A program made the translations under genes and the position numbers. Shown one piece after another: positions 22,471 to 32,826 of a stretch of 64,000 nt of DNA. Position 1 is the first letter of the stretch, and the number at the start of each line of letters is the position of its first letter. This DNA comes from Escherichia coli 042 (GTDB lineage Bacteria > Pseudomonadota > Gammaproteobacteria > Enterobacterales > Enterobacteriaceae), in the NCBI RefSeq assembly GCF_000027125.1, contig NC_017626.1. One strand, given 5' to 3'. Below the pieces are notes generated by a model. It searched no databases. It saw only the letters and a program-made list of their open reading frames with translations, and was not told where the DNA came from.

Positions 22471-24021
22471 TTACACTGTGTTTCTTATCGGTTCAAGATA
22501 TCCAAATGCATCTCTGGAAAACTTAAGCATAAAATTTTTCATATCAGAAATTGCTTCTTGTAAAAAAAGGGGATCATCGCCATGATTATCCAGCAGGATG
22601 GCAATTTTTTCGCACATATTCTCTTTCCTCAGCTCTTCCCTGGGTTGCAGCCTTTTCATGGTATGATGTTCAATTTCTTTCAGGAGTAATGAAGCATTTA
22701 TCTGACGTCTGGTACTGCCTTGCGTCAGCCAGTGGATAGTCTGGGAAAAACACTGTTGTGCAACGGTGAAATAAACATCATTCTTGATGCTACTATTCAG
22801 TGCCTGCTTTTGATTATGCCTATGATGGATTAGCGTCACAACCAACTTTTGCAATGGTGAACCATCCTGATTGACAATATCTTGGGCATGTGATTTCTCG
22901 CAGTATTTATTGAGTAATGCAACAAAACTGTTAACCAGTTGTTTCAATATATCAGGTATCTCTTTTTGTGTTATAAATTCTCCAGGAATACCCAACAGTT
23001 CTAGATAACAGTAATAACATGCTTCATGAAAAGTTTTCTGAAATATCTCCTCAACCTTCAAACGGGCTGCAAGAGTGAAGTCAGGGTCAAACATATATTT
23101 TCCGATATACAAGCAGAGATCAGACAGCCCTTGCATAAGTACCATCGGTTCTTTTGCCAGTTCAGCTAATCTTAGTTTATACCCAAAATCAGCTGGGGAA
23201 TCTCCCGGAAACAGACAACTGAGTCCGTTAAAATCCATTAATCTGCCATCCATTGCAATATTAGAAGGAGAAGTTGTCAATCTCAGGAAACGTGTTCGAC
23301 AAAATGCCATTTGCCAGGCCTCACGACGTGCCAGTTCACATAATCCCTCAATGCAATAAATCCGGGGATCAGTTCGTGCTTCAGCATCAATTTCTTCCGG
23401 TGGTACAGGTAGATATCCTGGCAGCTTGTGGATCACAGATCTAACCCGACAGGCATCGTGAATTAACTGACTGGAATACTCCGGTTTTACTTGGAAGTAT
23501 GGTGCCCGTTCAAAATGCGCCGGGCGAACAACAGGCTCACGTACCAACAGGGCTCTTCGTGATTTCATACCGGAGCGCTCAAATGCCTTTTCAGTATAGA
23601 GATCTGTAAGTAAAACCGCCCGAACCCGCACAGCACTATAAGGTAATATTTGAGCCAGTACTTCTCCCCACAAAGCCTCATATATTGCATGAACAGCGCC
23701 GAGTGCACCATTAGAATGACGTTCGTCAGTACCTTCACCAACCAACGGATTACTTCCTATTCCTTTAACCTGGTAGTTACCATCAAACCCACAACGTGCA
23801 CCACCTCCATTACGCTGAATACCACTGCCACCATAGCGCTCTGCATGGAACACTTTGGCAGAAGCCGTACTGTCAGGATCGATAATATAACTGCAGGCAT
23901 TTTGCAGCTCGCCTGGATTTCTGACATCCTCTGCACACCAGATTAATGAGGACTTGATCTGCCTGGCAGTGAAAGGCACCAGGTTTTCATTCAGTTCAGA
24001 AAGTGAACACTGATGACTCAT
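22471..24021 (-). CDS. mchC: Microcin maturation protein (MchC/MceJ-like)
   Basis: 516-aa ORF immediately upstream of mchD, matching the mchC size and position. Confidence 0.65.
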   Translation of the reverse strand: MSHQCSLSELNENLVPFTARQIKSSLIWCAEDVRNPGELQNACSYIIDPDSTASAKVFHAERYGGSGIQRNGGGARCGFDGNYQVKGIGSNPLVGEGTDERHSNGALGAVHAIYEALWGEVLAQILPYSAVRVRAVLLTDLYTEKAFERSGMKSRRALLVREPVVRPAHFERAPYFQVKPEYSSQLIHDACRVRSVIHKLPGYLPVPPEEIDAEARTDPRIYCIEGLCELARREAWQMAFCRTRFLRLTTSPSNIAMDGRLMDFNGLSCLFPGDSPADFGYKLRLAELAKEPMVLMQGLSDLCLYIGKYMFDPDFTLAARLKVEEIFQKTFHEACYYCYLELLGIPGEFITQKEIPDILKQLVNSFVALLNKYCEKSHAQDIVNQDGSPLQKLVVTLIHHRHNQKQALNSSIKNDVYFTVAQQCFSQTIHWLTQGSTRRQINASLLLKEIEHHTMKRLQPREELRKENMCEKIAILLDNHGDDPLFLQEAISDMKNFMLKFSRDAFGYLEPIRNTV

Positions 24022-24291
24022 CTGGCAGTATTCTCCGTTTTAATTTTCATAAAAGAGTGTTCATAAAAGAGCAAGTAAGTGTCCTGACAGCTTCTTCCTT
24101 ATTACAGTAAAACTCTATTAATTACACATAAATTAATAATTATTTATCAACGACTGTAAATCATATCTTCATCAGTAAAGTGTTGAACATAAAAACACAC
24201 TTATAAATGGATCTTCTATCTGCTTTAAACGAAAGGGATATATTTTACAGGCACTATCGAAAAAGTGCCTGTAAAATAAATAAAATTATAA

Positions 24292-24519
24292 TTAGCTACC
24301 GCCACCAGCAGAAGAACTGGCACTACCACTTCCCACGGTCGAGCCAATTGCTGTTGTCAAACCGGCAGATACGGCTCCAACTACAACCCCAAGTGGACCA
24401 CCAGGTATTCCGGCGAGAGCTCCAACAATAGCTGCAGCACCTGCGGCATTAGCTGAAGTCGCTGGCGCACCTCCCGCCCCGGAAATATATCTTAACTGTG
24501 ATTCTGTTATTTCTCGCAT
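24292..24519 (-). CDS. mchB: Microcin H47 precursor
   Basis: 75-aa product from internal ATG: MREITESQLRYISGAGG leader then Gly/Ala-rich core ending SGSASSSAGGGS, matching MccH47 as recalled. Confidence 0.85.
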   Translation of the reverse strand: MREITESQLRYISGAGGAPATSANAAGAAAIVGALAGIPGGPLGVVVGAVSAGLTTAIGSTVGSGSASSSAGGGS

Positions 24520-24535
24520 ATAAACTCCATCATAT

Positions 24536-24745
24536 TTAACTTCCGTTTTTCCAGCCTGACCAGACCAGAATCTTTCGAATCCCATGAATCAGCTCAATAA
24601 AACCAAGAAATATTATAAAGCTTAGAAAAACGTCAACATAAGAATTCCCTTCGCCAACAATCCGAAGGGATGAAAGTGAAACCAATAAGATAGTAAGAGG
24701 TAAACTAAATATAGCCGTCAATTGGTACAGTTTTTTATAACTCAT
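24536..24745 (-). CDS. mchI: Microcin H47 immunity protein (small two-TM membrane protein)
   Basis: 69-aa hydrophobic ORF 16 bp upstream of mchB; size matches MchI. Confidence 0.75.
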   Translation of the reverse strand: MSYKKLYQLTAIFSLPLTILLVSLSSLRIVGEGNSYVDVFLSFIIFLGFIELIHGIRKILVWSGWKNGS

Positions 24746-25156
24746 TAATACCTACCTGTTGCTTTATTTTCATTATGAAAAGTTACCAAATCTTAGCGCT
24801 TCAGTCAGGGGAGTCAGGTCATCGATAAAGAATATTCCAGTAGAGTGGCGCTCATGATCAAAGACAACAGCAAAGTTGATGACAGTGCTGACCGACTGTC
24901 ATTTACAGTAACCCTGTTTGTAGCAAATTCCATCTTACCAGACCTCACCCAGACAAAGACAAAAGAGAATGATTGTTATTTACTTTTCAAAAAAAGTGTC
25001 ATATTGTCCATATAAAGTCAAGAGGTATTTTACGTTATGTAACTGATGCAATTGTTAGTCAGGATCTCATGGTTGTCGCTCATGTATAACCTGAGACTTG
25101 AACGTACACTAATAGCACTGACGGTCATACATCGGGAAATGTGAGGAGGCATAAGA

Positions 25157-25402
25157 ATGAATTGTGATAATAATCACAGAAATGAAGAATTCATTGTTAC
25201 CTTTGATAAAGGCAACAAGCAAGACAATTCAAGACGAAAACACGATAATTTTCCTATAGAGGTAGAATCCTCCGTAGAGCTGGAGACACACTGTATCACA
25301 AATAATAAGTCGGCTTCCGGTATAGTAACACATGACTATGATGCCGATTATATTTGTGGTTGTGGTGAAATTATGTGTCCTGGTTGCGGTCATGACCTAT
25401 AA
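25157..25402 (+). CDS. Small Cys-rich hypothetical protein (C-terminal CGCGEIMCPGCGH motif); possibly the mchS4 equivalent
   Basis: 81-aa ORF with strong RBS (gaggagg 7 nt upstream of ATG); C-terminal CxC-x4-CPxC motif suggests metal binding. Confidence 0.35.
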   Translation: MNCDNNHRNEEFIVTFDKGNKQDNSRRKHDNFPIEVESSVELETHCITNNKSASGIVTHDYDADYICGCGEIMCPGCGHDL

Positions 25403-25556
25403 CAAACATATTTGCAAACTGATACCTGATCAGGTACAAGCCTGTTGATTATTATGCTGAATATTCCAGTTATCAATCCATCGATATGAACATTAACAAG
25501 AAAAAACATATATTGTTTATCTGAATATTTATCGATGGAAAACCAAAGGGGAAAGT

Positions 25557-25991
25557 ATGTATCTTACGAAAAAGATTATAATAAGTATGATGTTTATATT
25601 ACCATCTGCTGCATTTTCATCAGATCCACCTCCCCTTCAACAATCGTTAGAAAAAACAACCTATTTTTCTATAGGTATGAATGGGTTTATAGGCTATCAG
25701 AGCGAAGGGGAAAAATTATACACACACATTCTTACATTAGATAATCCCGAAGAGATATTTAAAAATATAATAAAAAATAGAAAGTCAACTAAGGAGTCTA
25801 AAATTTATGCTGCTTGTGGGCTATATTATTTAAACGTAGAAAATATAGAGTCATTGTTTAATGAAAATGATAAACAAGAATATGTGTCTGTCTTAAGAGG
25901 GGATATTTTAACAAAAATAAAACTGAATGATATTCTGAATTCTGTGATAATAAATGGTTGCAACACCAAATTAATATCTGAACATAAATGA
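25557..25991 (+). CDS. Signal-peptide protein immediately upstream of microcin I47; possibly its immunity/accessory protein (MchS3-like)
   Basis: 144-aa AT-rich ORF with N-terminal hydrophobic signal; ends 17 bp before the microcin I47 precursor gene. Confidence 0.35.
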   Translation: MYLTKKIIISMMFILPSAAFSSDPPPLQQSLEKTTYFSIGMNGFIGYQSEGEKLYTHILTLDNPEEIFKNIIKNRKSTKESKIYAACGLYYLNVENIESLFNENDKQEYVSVLRGDILTKIKLNDILNSVIINGCNTKLISEHK

Positions 25992-26007
25992 GCAGGAGGT
26001 TTTTAAA

Positions 26008-26241
26008 ATGAGAGAAATATCAGATAACATGCTTGATTCCGTGAAAGGAGGGATGAATCTTAATGGATTACCTGCTTCTACTAATGTAATAGATCTACGT
26101 GGAAAAGATATGGGAACATATATTGATGCTAATGGAGCATGCTGGGCTCCGGATACTCCATCCATCATCATGTATCCGGGGGGAAGTGGACCTTCTTATA
26201 GTATGAGTAGTTCCACATCCAGTGCAAACAGCGGCAGTTAA
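26008..26241 (+). CDS. mchS2: Microcin I47 precursor (double-glycine leader, Ser-rich C-terminus)
   Basis: 77-aa ORF: leader MREISDNMLDSVKGG, C-terminus SMSSSTSSANSGS typical of siderophore-microcins. Confidence 0.7.
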   Translation: MREISDNMLDSVKGGMNLNGLPASTNVIDLRGKDMGTYIDANGACWAPDTPSIIMYPGGSGPSYSMSSSTSSANSGS

Positions 26242-26529
26242 ATAAATACCATCCGGCTATGCCGGAGGGTATTTATGATGTGCCTGTAAGACTCTACTTC
26301 TGTCGTCTCTTTACAAAGGCATATGATCTGACATTTTGTACCAGACATCTTAACGAGAGCCTTTTCATATATTACTTACATACGTGAAATCTACAGTATA
26401 AAGCAAAAATTTTATTAAACCTGTTTTATATTTATCATCAATACAACAGATTTAATTCCGGAAAGTCACTCATCACCCCTTGAATGAACGTCATTTGATG
26501 TATTATTCTTACACTTGGATTAATTTAAG

Positions 26530-27804
26530 ATGATACCTATGAAAAACTATCTTTTCCAGACTCCCGAAGATATTTGTGTACAGTTAAAAAAAATGACACA
26601 TCCTGTCACAATAAGAACAACAGATATTGCTAATTTCTGGCACTATCTTGAGTCAGCAACTCTTCCGGTGATCACAAAAAGCACCACTACAGAAAATCGG
26701 GAGGTTACATTTCTGTGGCGCTCAGAGAAAGCAGTGCAAGGCGTATATCTTCGCCTGAATCGTGTTACAGATAAAAAAGATGTCAAAAAAGGACTAATGA
26801 CTCATATCCCTTCGACAGATATCTGGATGCTGACACTGGTGTTACCAGCTTCATATCGGGGCTCATACTCATTTATAGAAATTCCCACAGATATGACACA
26901 AAAAGACATATTTCAACTAGGAAGTCGCTTCTCTCCATTACCCGGTAAATCTGATCCATTTAACAAAACAGCAGAAATAAATATACGAGGATTCGGAGAA
27001 TCAGTCCTTTCTCTTGATATGGCTCCTGAACAAAAGGAATGGGATGATACTTCCCATAAATGTACAGGTATTCTTTCAACATTACATTCCTTTGTTGCAG
27101 GATATCAACGCCGGATTCGTTTATATTTTCCCCAGAATCCAACATCAGTACCTCTTGGATTACTTGTGTTACCTGATGCTGAAATATGGTTTGACCGGAT
27201 GGATATTACCCGGGCATTAGATATGGCCATTACCACTGGTCATATTGCGCCAATGGCAATTATGGGGATAGACAATATTAATGAATCTGATCGTATGAAT
27301 ATACTGGGAGGCAATAAAGAACTTATCTTTGATATAGCGGAAAATCTGATACCCCAGTTATACAGAGACTACCCGAATATCGTATGGGCTGGTCGTTCTA
27401 ATACTATACTGGCCGGTCAGAGCCTCGGTGGAGTGACAGCACTGATGGCAGCTATATATGCGTCGACAACATTTGGTACAATCATTAGCCACTCACCTTC
27501 AATGTGGTGGAACCCTGACCAGGGCAGCCCGATTTTGTTTACTGAGAATGATATCTCCTGGGTAAGTGAGCAGATACTTTCAGCGCCTCCGAAAGATGTA
27601 AATATCCAACTTGGAGTCGGTTCTTTAGAAGGTACAACCGTCTCACATGTTCAGCGGTTGCATCAGTCGTTAATCGCAGCAGGTTTGGAAAGTAACCTCA
27701 CTGTCTATGCCGGTGGTCATGATTATGCCTGGTGGCGCGGAGCAATTATTGATGCATTAGCAAATTATAATTGCAGGAAGATATCAGATAATAACTTTGT
27801 GTAA
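26530..27804 (+). CDS. mchS1: Enterochelin esterase-like hydrolase (IroD/MceD-like) for siderophore-microcin maturation
   Basis: 424-aa ORF with esterase nucleophile motif (LAGQSLGG) in an alpha/beta-hydrolase-like C-terminal half. Confidence 0.7.
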   Translation: MIPMKNYLFQTPEDICVQLKKMTHPVTIRTTDIANFWHYLESATLPVITKSTTTENREVTFLWRSEKAVQGVYLRLNRVTDKKDVKKGLMTHIPSTDIWMLTLVLPASYRGSYSFIEIPTDMTQKDIFQLGSRFSPLPGKSDPFNKTAEINIRGFGESVLSLDMAPEQKEWDDTSHKCTGILSTLHSFVAGYQRRIRLYFPQNPTSVPLGLLVLPDAEIWFDRMDITRALDMAITTGHIAPMAIMGIDNINESDRMNILGGNKELIFDIAENLIPQLYRDYPNIVWAGRSNTILAGQSLGGVTALMAAIYASTTFGTIISHSPSMWWNPDQGSPILFTENDISWVSEQILSAPPKDVNIQLGVGSLEGTTVSHVQRLHQSLIAAGLESNLTVYAGGHDYAWWRGAIIDALANYNCRKISDNNFV

Positions 27805-27952
27805 GCGATTATCTCATCGTACCGATAACGCTTTCTGCAACATTATAACGGGAGACATACTCATTTATTTAGTTATGTCCTTCATCATATAAGTGAAGGA
27901 CATTCTATTACTCATGACATTTTTCGTCGATAATATCAGCAATACTATACAA

Positions 27953-29071
27953 TTATTTCCCGTTGTTTTTTAATTTTCTCATCAAAACCTCTGCGATCTC
28001 TGCAGGACTGGGTTGTTCAGCCATTTCAGCGGCTACCTGATCTGAACAGAAGCGTAGTGAATCATCATAAAGCAGGCGATTTACCAAATCACTGGTCAGT
28101 CCATGCTTGTCCGGAATAATCCCACACCCACGCATCGCAACAATTTCTGCATTAACAGAGCGATCTGCACCTTCGCCAAACACAATCTGTGGTATCCCAC
28201 TATACAACGCTGTCAGGGTATTACCTGCGCCACCATGATGAATAAATCCATCAGCTCCATTAAGGAATACACCCATAGGTATCCAGTCAACCAGACGTAC
28301 ATTTGATGGTAGTTTTCGTAATCCAGTACGAGCATTTATTGCAAGTTGCAAAATGATATCAGCATCAACTTCATTTGCAGAATCCATAACCCATGAAATC
28401 AGCTCCAGACCATCAACCATTGGTTTTACAGTGCCAAGGCTGATGAGTAAACGTTTTCGATCAGAATCCCTGTCCCACCATGTTTCCTTTACAGCACCTC
28501 CGTTATAAGGAATATATCTCATTGAGATAACCGGTTCTTCAGCATTTTTAAGAATGCTCATACTTGGGGGAGCAACATCAATCCATGCTAAATCACATAG
28601 TGGACCGCTGACTCCATGCCGCCTGTAAGCATTGCTTAAAGAACGGTTTAACATCTGAATATGGGCAGATGTATGCGCGAATCCAACAGCCAGCATCACT
28701 GAAGGAATTCTATATTTAGCAGCAACCAATGGGCCTGCCGGACCAAGCGGGGGATAGACTATTAAATCTGGCCTCCATTTTCCTGCAAAATCGATGAGGT
28801 TATCTGCCATTTCATCGCTAAAAAAAGAGAAATGACCAATAATATTACTTTTTTTCCTCAACTCTTCCTGATGGCGATATCCAGCCTCTGAATCTAAACT
28901 TGGAACTGCATCAAAAACAACCAGTCCAGCTTCTGCTGCTTTATTCGCGAATTTGCCAGCACTACTAATTACTACATCATGTCCGATTACACGAAAGGCC
29001 TGAGCCAGAGAAATCAATGGGTATAACAAACCGTACAGCGGTGGGCCAATAAAAAGAATACGTTTTCGCAT
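27953..29071 (-). CDS. mchA: Family 1 glycosyltransferase (IroB/MceC-like) for siderophore-microcin modification
   Basis: 372-aa ORF with MGT-type N-terminus (RILFIGPPLYGLLYP) and C-terminal donor-binding region (HHGGAGNT). Confidence 0.75.
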   Translation of the reverse strand: MRKRILFIGPPLYGLLYPLISLAQAFRVIGHDVVISSAGKFANKAAEAGLVVFDAVPSLDSEAGYRHQEELRKKSNIIGHFSFFSDEMADNLIDFAGKWRPDLIVYPPLGPAGPLVAAKYRIPSVMLAVGFAHTSAHIQMLNRSLSNAYRRHGVSGPLCDLAWIDVAPPSMSILKNAEEPVISMRYIPYNGGAVKETWWDRDSDRKRLLISLGTVKPMVDGLELISWVMDSANEVDADIILQLAINARTGLRKLPSNVRLVDWIPMGVFLNGADGFIHHGGAGNTLTALYSGIPQIVFGEGADRSVNAEIVAMRGCGIIPDKHGLTSDLVNRLLYDDSLRFCSDQVAAEMAEQPSPAEIAEVLMRKLKNNGK

Positions 29072-29419
29072 TAAAAAAGTCCGTCTTCTGCTTACCTGTT
29101 TATTTTTCTATCGCTAAGAAAACATAATTAATATTATTTTTATGTGAGCTTATGCACAAAAATAACCAAGTATCTTATCTTCTGGTAGAGATACAGGATA
29201 CAGTTTGTAGGAGCTTTCTTTTTTGAACAATGAGTTACAGGACAGTTATGCCAACCTACCGGAATCAGTATCACACCAATAAATGACAGATCATACCTGA
29301 AATTTGAATTAACAGGCATCATGAATGTCAATAGTCTAAGCGGTTACTACTTACATCGCTTGCATAAATACTAAACACTGACTAGAAAAGTATTGGATAA
29401 CCCCGTCACTAAAAGTAAC

Positions 29420-29512
29420 GCTTCGGTTATTTGCACAGAATACGACTCCTTCAGACTCTGTTGAATTTTGTTAAGCCGGTGCAGACACACGGGAAGGTGC
29501 GCATCAACACCG
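29420..29512. repeat. Right copy of ~90-bp imperfect direct repeat flanking the microcin island
   Basis: Aligns to 16641..16730; on the minus strand it retains the first six codons (VQITEA) of the YfjJ-like gene found after the left copy, then diverges. Confidence 0.7.
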
Positions 29513-29705
29513 GTGTAATGCCAGTTATAAACAATGTGAATGGAATGACGAATCAGTCAGGAAAGAGCTACAACCTGCTGGCTGACCGGAGAGGGTCAGC
29601 AGGAAAATGAACGGTAATGTCGCCAGCACCAGGGACAGGGCTGATTTCCGCAATACCAGCGCCGGCATTTTGCACATTGCCAGCGTACCGGCATCACAAC
29701 ACGTT

Positions 29706-29942
29706 TCATGCTGCTGCTCCTCGTGATTCCTCAATTCGCTGCTGCATCCACTGCTCCACTTCACTTTTGTACCAGCGGCTGCTGCGGCCCAGCTTGATGG
29801 GTTTCGGGAAATGGCCTTCACTGATCAGCTTGTAAAACCATTTATCTGTCATACCGGTGAAACTGGTGATGTAGTTCATGTCGATCAGGGGATCGTCGGC
29901 ACGCAGCAACACGCAGTCGTGGCCTGTCATTGAGGTCAACAT
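29706..29942 (-). CDS. alpA: AlpA-family prophage regulatory / excisionase-like protein
   Basis: 78-aa ORF; C-terminal region (GHFPKPIKLGRSSRWYKSEVEQW) matches the AlpA family pattern. Confidence 0.7.
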   Translation of the reverse strand: MLTSMTGHDCVLLRADDPLIDMNYITSFTGMTDKWFYKLISEGHFPKPIKLGRSSRWYKSEVEQWMQQRIEESRGAAA

Positions 29943-30010
29943 GGTCAGAATATCCTCTGTGAGATTTATGAAGGTTGTGCGAATGCGGGGAAAGGTGCTG
30001 AGCCGTATTC

Positions 30011-30586
30011 TCAGAACGGTCCTGCAGATCCGGGATAGCCGGGATTACCGGCGAGGCAACGGGCTTCCGGATCGCACACACCACGACGATCGCGGGCGAA
30101 ATCACTGAACGCCCAGATCAAATCTTTGAGGATGTCTTCGCAGTCCGGTGAACGACTGTCCAGCACCACATCCCGGGTTATCTGTTTCTGGTACGGTGCC
30201 GCTTCCCCCGGTGACGCGAAGCCCAGTACGTTGCTCCAGGCATCCAGAATCAGCCGGTCCAGTTCGGGGCCGTCGAAATACTCCTGTCTGACGCACAGCA
30301 CCACGTGGTATTCCGGCTTTTCCGGATGACGGGTCAGGAGCCAGCAAAGGTCGCGTCCGGGTTTCGCATTCATCAGCGCACTGACGGTTTCGATAAAATC
30401 CATACCAAACCAGGTCTGTCTGCTGTTGAAGGCGTTGTCATGTTCCCACGGCAGACGAAGCAGGATCCGCCGTATCCGTGAGCCGGACTGCTCACGCAGC
30501 GCACGCTCAAGGACGCCGATGACTTTGTTCTGATAAGATGGCCAGAAGGGTGCCAGGCTATAGTCGAAATAAGGAATAGCATTCAT
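30011..30586 (-). CDS. YagK/YfjJ-family (inovirus Gp2-like) protein
   Basis: Track ORF starts at GTG 30718; likely true start is internal ATG (MNAIPYFDY...). Paralogous to 30833..31399 and 37556..38287. Confidence 0.5.
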   Translation of the reverse strand: MNAIPYFDYSLAPFWPSYQNKVIGVLERALREQSGSRIRRILLRLPWEHDNAFNSRQTWFGMDFIETVSALMNAKPGRDLCWLLTRHPEKPEYHVVLCVRQEYFDGPELDRLILDAWSNVLGFASPGEAAPYQKQITRDVVLDSRSPDCEDILKDLIWAFSDFARDRRGVCDPEARCLAGNPGYPGSAGPF

Positions 30587-30832
30587 AAGATATGTTCCGT
30601 TATGCGCAGCCCACAATGCGTCCTGCCCGTGAATGAGCTGACGTGTTATGGCTTGCGGATGAGATTGATGGAATAAGTGAAGAACTGAAGCAGAACGGGA
30701 AGATAAGGGACAGAACACCGGATTCAGGTTCAGGATGAATGATCTCCGTTGACTTCAGTTCACATCATTAATCAATGCGGTAAGTTTTTACCGACGGAGT
30801 GTTTCCAGGAGCGGAGGCTCAGGCCTTAAGCT

Positions 30833-31399
30833 TCAGAAGTGAGGCTTACGAGGACGCCCTGCAGCAGGACGTTCAGGAACTTCATTGCAGCCGTAGGCAC
30901 ACAGCCCGTCTTTTTGTTCTTCTTTCGCCAGATAATGCAGGGCACCGCGAATATTATCGATGCTTTCAGGATCGTTGTGGCGCACAGGAATGTTGATGTT
31001 GTATGCATAATGCGGCTGATATGTACAGCGGTGCGCCGAACCACAGTTATACGTAATTGCCTGCCAGCATTCCGCTATCCGCTCCGCAAAGGGATATATT
31101 TTTTTAACCCTCTGACGATCGATCCAGAAAACGACATGCGCATGAAAACCATGATCAGCCGTCCATTCAATCACCCAGAAGAAACCAACGATATTTTCAA
31201 ATTGTTCCACCTGCTCCAGCAGCATACGCAACTGCAATTCAAGCCAGCGATGATCAGGTTGTAAGAAATCAGGCGTATCTTTCCTGTAGAAGAAATCCAT
31301 GCGTAAGGCCCGCAGGCAGGAATAGCGTGCCATCATTTGATTGATGTGATTGTCAAGTAAAGCGGTAAAAAACCAGTTTGGTGTGTAAGATTTAGGCAT
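30833..31399 (-). CDS. YagK/YfjJ-family (inovirus Gp2-like) protein
   Basis: 188-aa ORF (HAHVVFWIDRQR core) in tandem with the previous paralog. Confidence 0.55.
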   Translation of the reverse strand: MPKSYTPNWFFTALLDNHINQMMARYSCLRALRMDFFYRKDTPDFLQPDHRWLELQLRMLLEQVEQFENIVGFFWVIEWTADHGFHAHVVFWIDRQRVKKIYPFAERIAECWQAITYNCGSAHRCTYQPHYAYNINIPVRHNDPESIDNIRGALHYLAKEEQKDGLCAYGCNEVPERPAAGRPRKPHF

Positions 31400-32826
31400 G
31401 TTGATGACTCCTGAAAGTTAATGATGTTTTAAGCTCTGTGAACGAATTAATGCTTTCGCTCATAATCAGATCTAAAACGGTAATAACTTACAGATGGTAT
31501 TTATCAGGCATGCTGTAGCAGAATGGATACGACGGGTTATTAACGATACGCAGCATTATGCAGAAAGAAATGGATTATCTGATGGTATTAGCTAAAGAGA
31601 TGAGATAAACGAGGAGTAAAGAAAATACAGACTCAATAAAACATCACGAAATACTGCAAAATACGCGATAAAACACCACGACCAGAAGGTTAAGAAACAT
31701 ATTGCGACCAATCATAAACTACAAACTTGCTCTCAGTGGTTGTAAAAACCGTGTACAAGGCCAATGCAATAAACTTATATGCGCTCATTCAATCTGTTCT
31801 TAAGGACATGAACATTCACGGCTCACGATAGCAGAATAAAAAATACCACTGACATGATTTTCATCCTGCATCTTAGATAATACAACCCAGAACAAACATA
31901 ATCAGGAATCTCTCCTGTCAATTCCATTGTTTATCCAGCTCTGTTAATCGTTACAGAATCATGGATACCTTATCAAAAAGTAAACATTCGGTTAATCAGT
32001 AATGACAAAAGAATTGATGTTCATCAGAATAGTTAAAACACTTCAGATAAACAATTATCGTTAAGTAAATACAGTTCATGATGGATAAGATTAAAATCAA
32101 TTACTGTTTCAGTGAAGACTGATAACAGATGAATATCATCAGTAGAATGGTAGAGGATAACTTATCTGAGTATCGTATGAATTACAGTAGTTATGCCTAA
32201 TGAAGAAGGAAGTGGATATTATGATAATGGTGACAATGAAGATTAGACAAAGAAGAGTGTGAGTAAAGACAGAGTGAATATAATTATAGTAATAAACCTA
32301 AATTAAAATTATCCATGTTTGATGTAAAATAATAATATACTGACAACCATGAAGATAAGAAAAAGAGAGTGCAGGTATCAGGAAGATCTCAGGATATGAA
32401 GATTCCCACAACACAGATTTAAAATCAGTCGAATATAATAAATTTAAAAACCTTAATTAAAATGTAATCTCATCCATGGTTAACATGCTCCTGAAAAGAA
32501 AATTTACAAATACCGTATGCTACCAACTAATTACAACAATGATATATGTACATTCAATAAGAATACAGATAAAATATTAATACCAACTTCCAGTATCAAG
32601 ATCGTATCGCGAACTTCAGATGCGCTATGAGGCAGTTCAATTTTTAACTTTCGTTTTCCTCTTCCTCCCTGGCTTCATATGCATAAGCGACTTGAAAGAC
32701 CCGATGATAGTTACAATTTCAGGTTGTGGCATGACGATCAATTTGTAACTGAAACAATGAACGGTAACGCTGCCATATAAACATCAAAATGCGAGCATTA
32801 CAGCGACATTGAACCGATTAGATGTA

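Noticed and set aside
24292-24585. 97-aa track ORF for the microcin H47 gene
   Set aside because: The upstream 22 codons are an extension; the precursor starts at the internal Met (MREITESQ...), giving 24292..24519.
29525-29821. 98-aa minus-strand ORF overlapping alpA
   Set aside because: It overlaps the better-supported AlpA-family ORF in another frame, runs into the island repeat and has no recognisable motifs; likely spurious.
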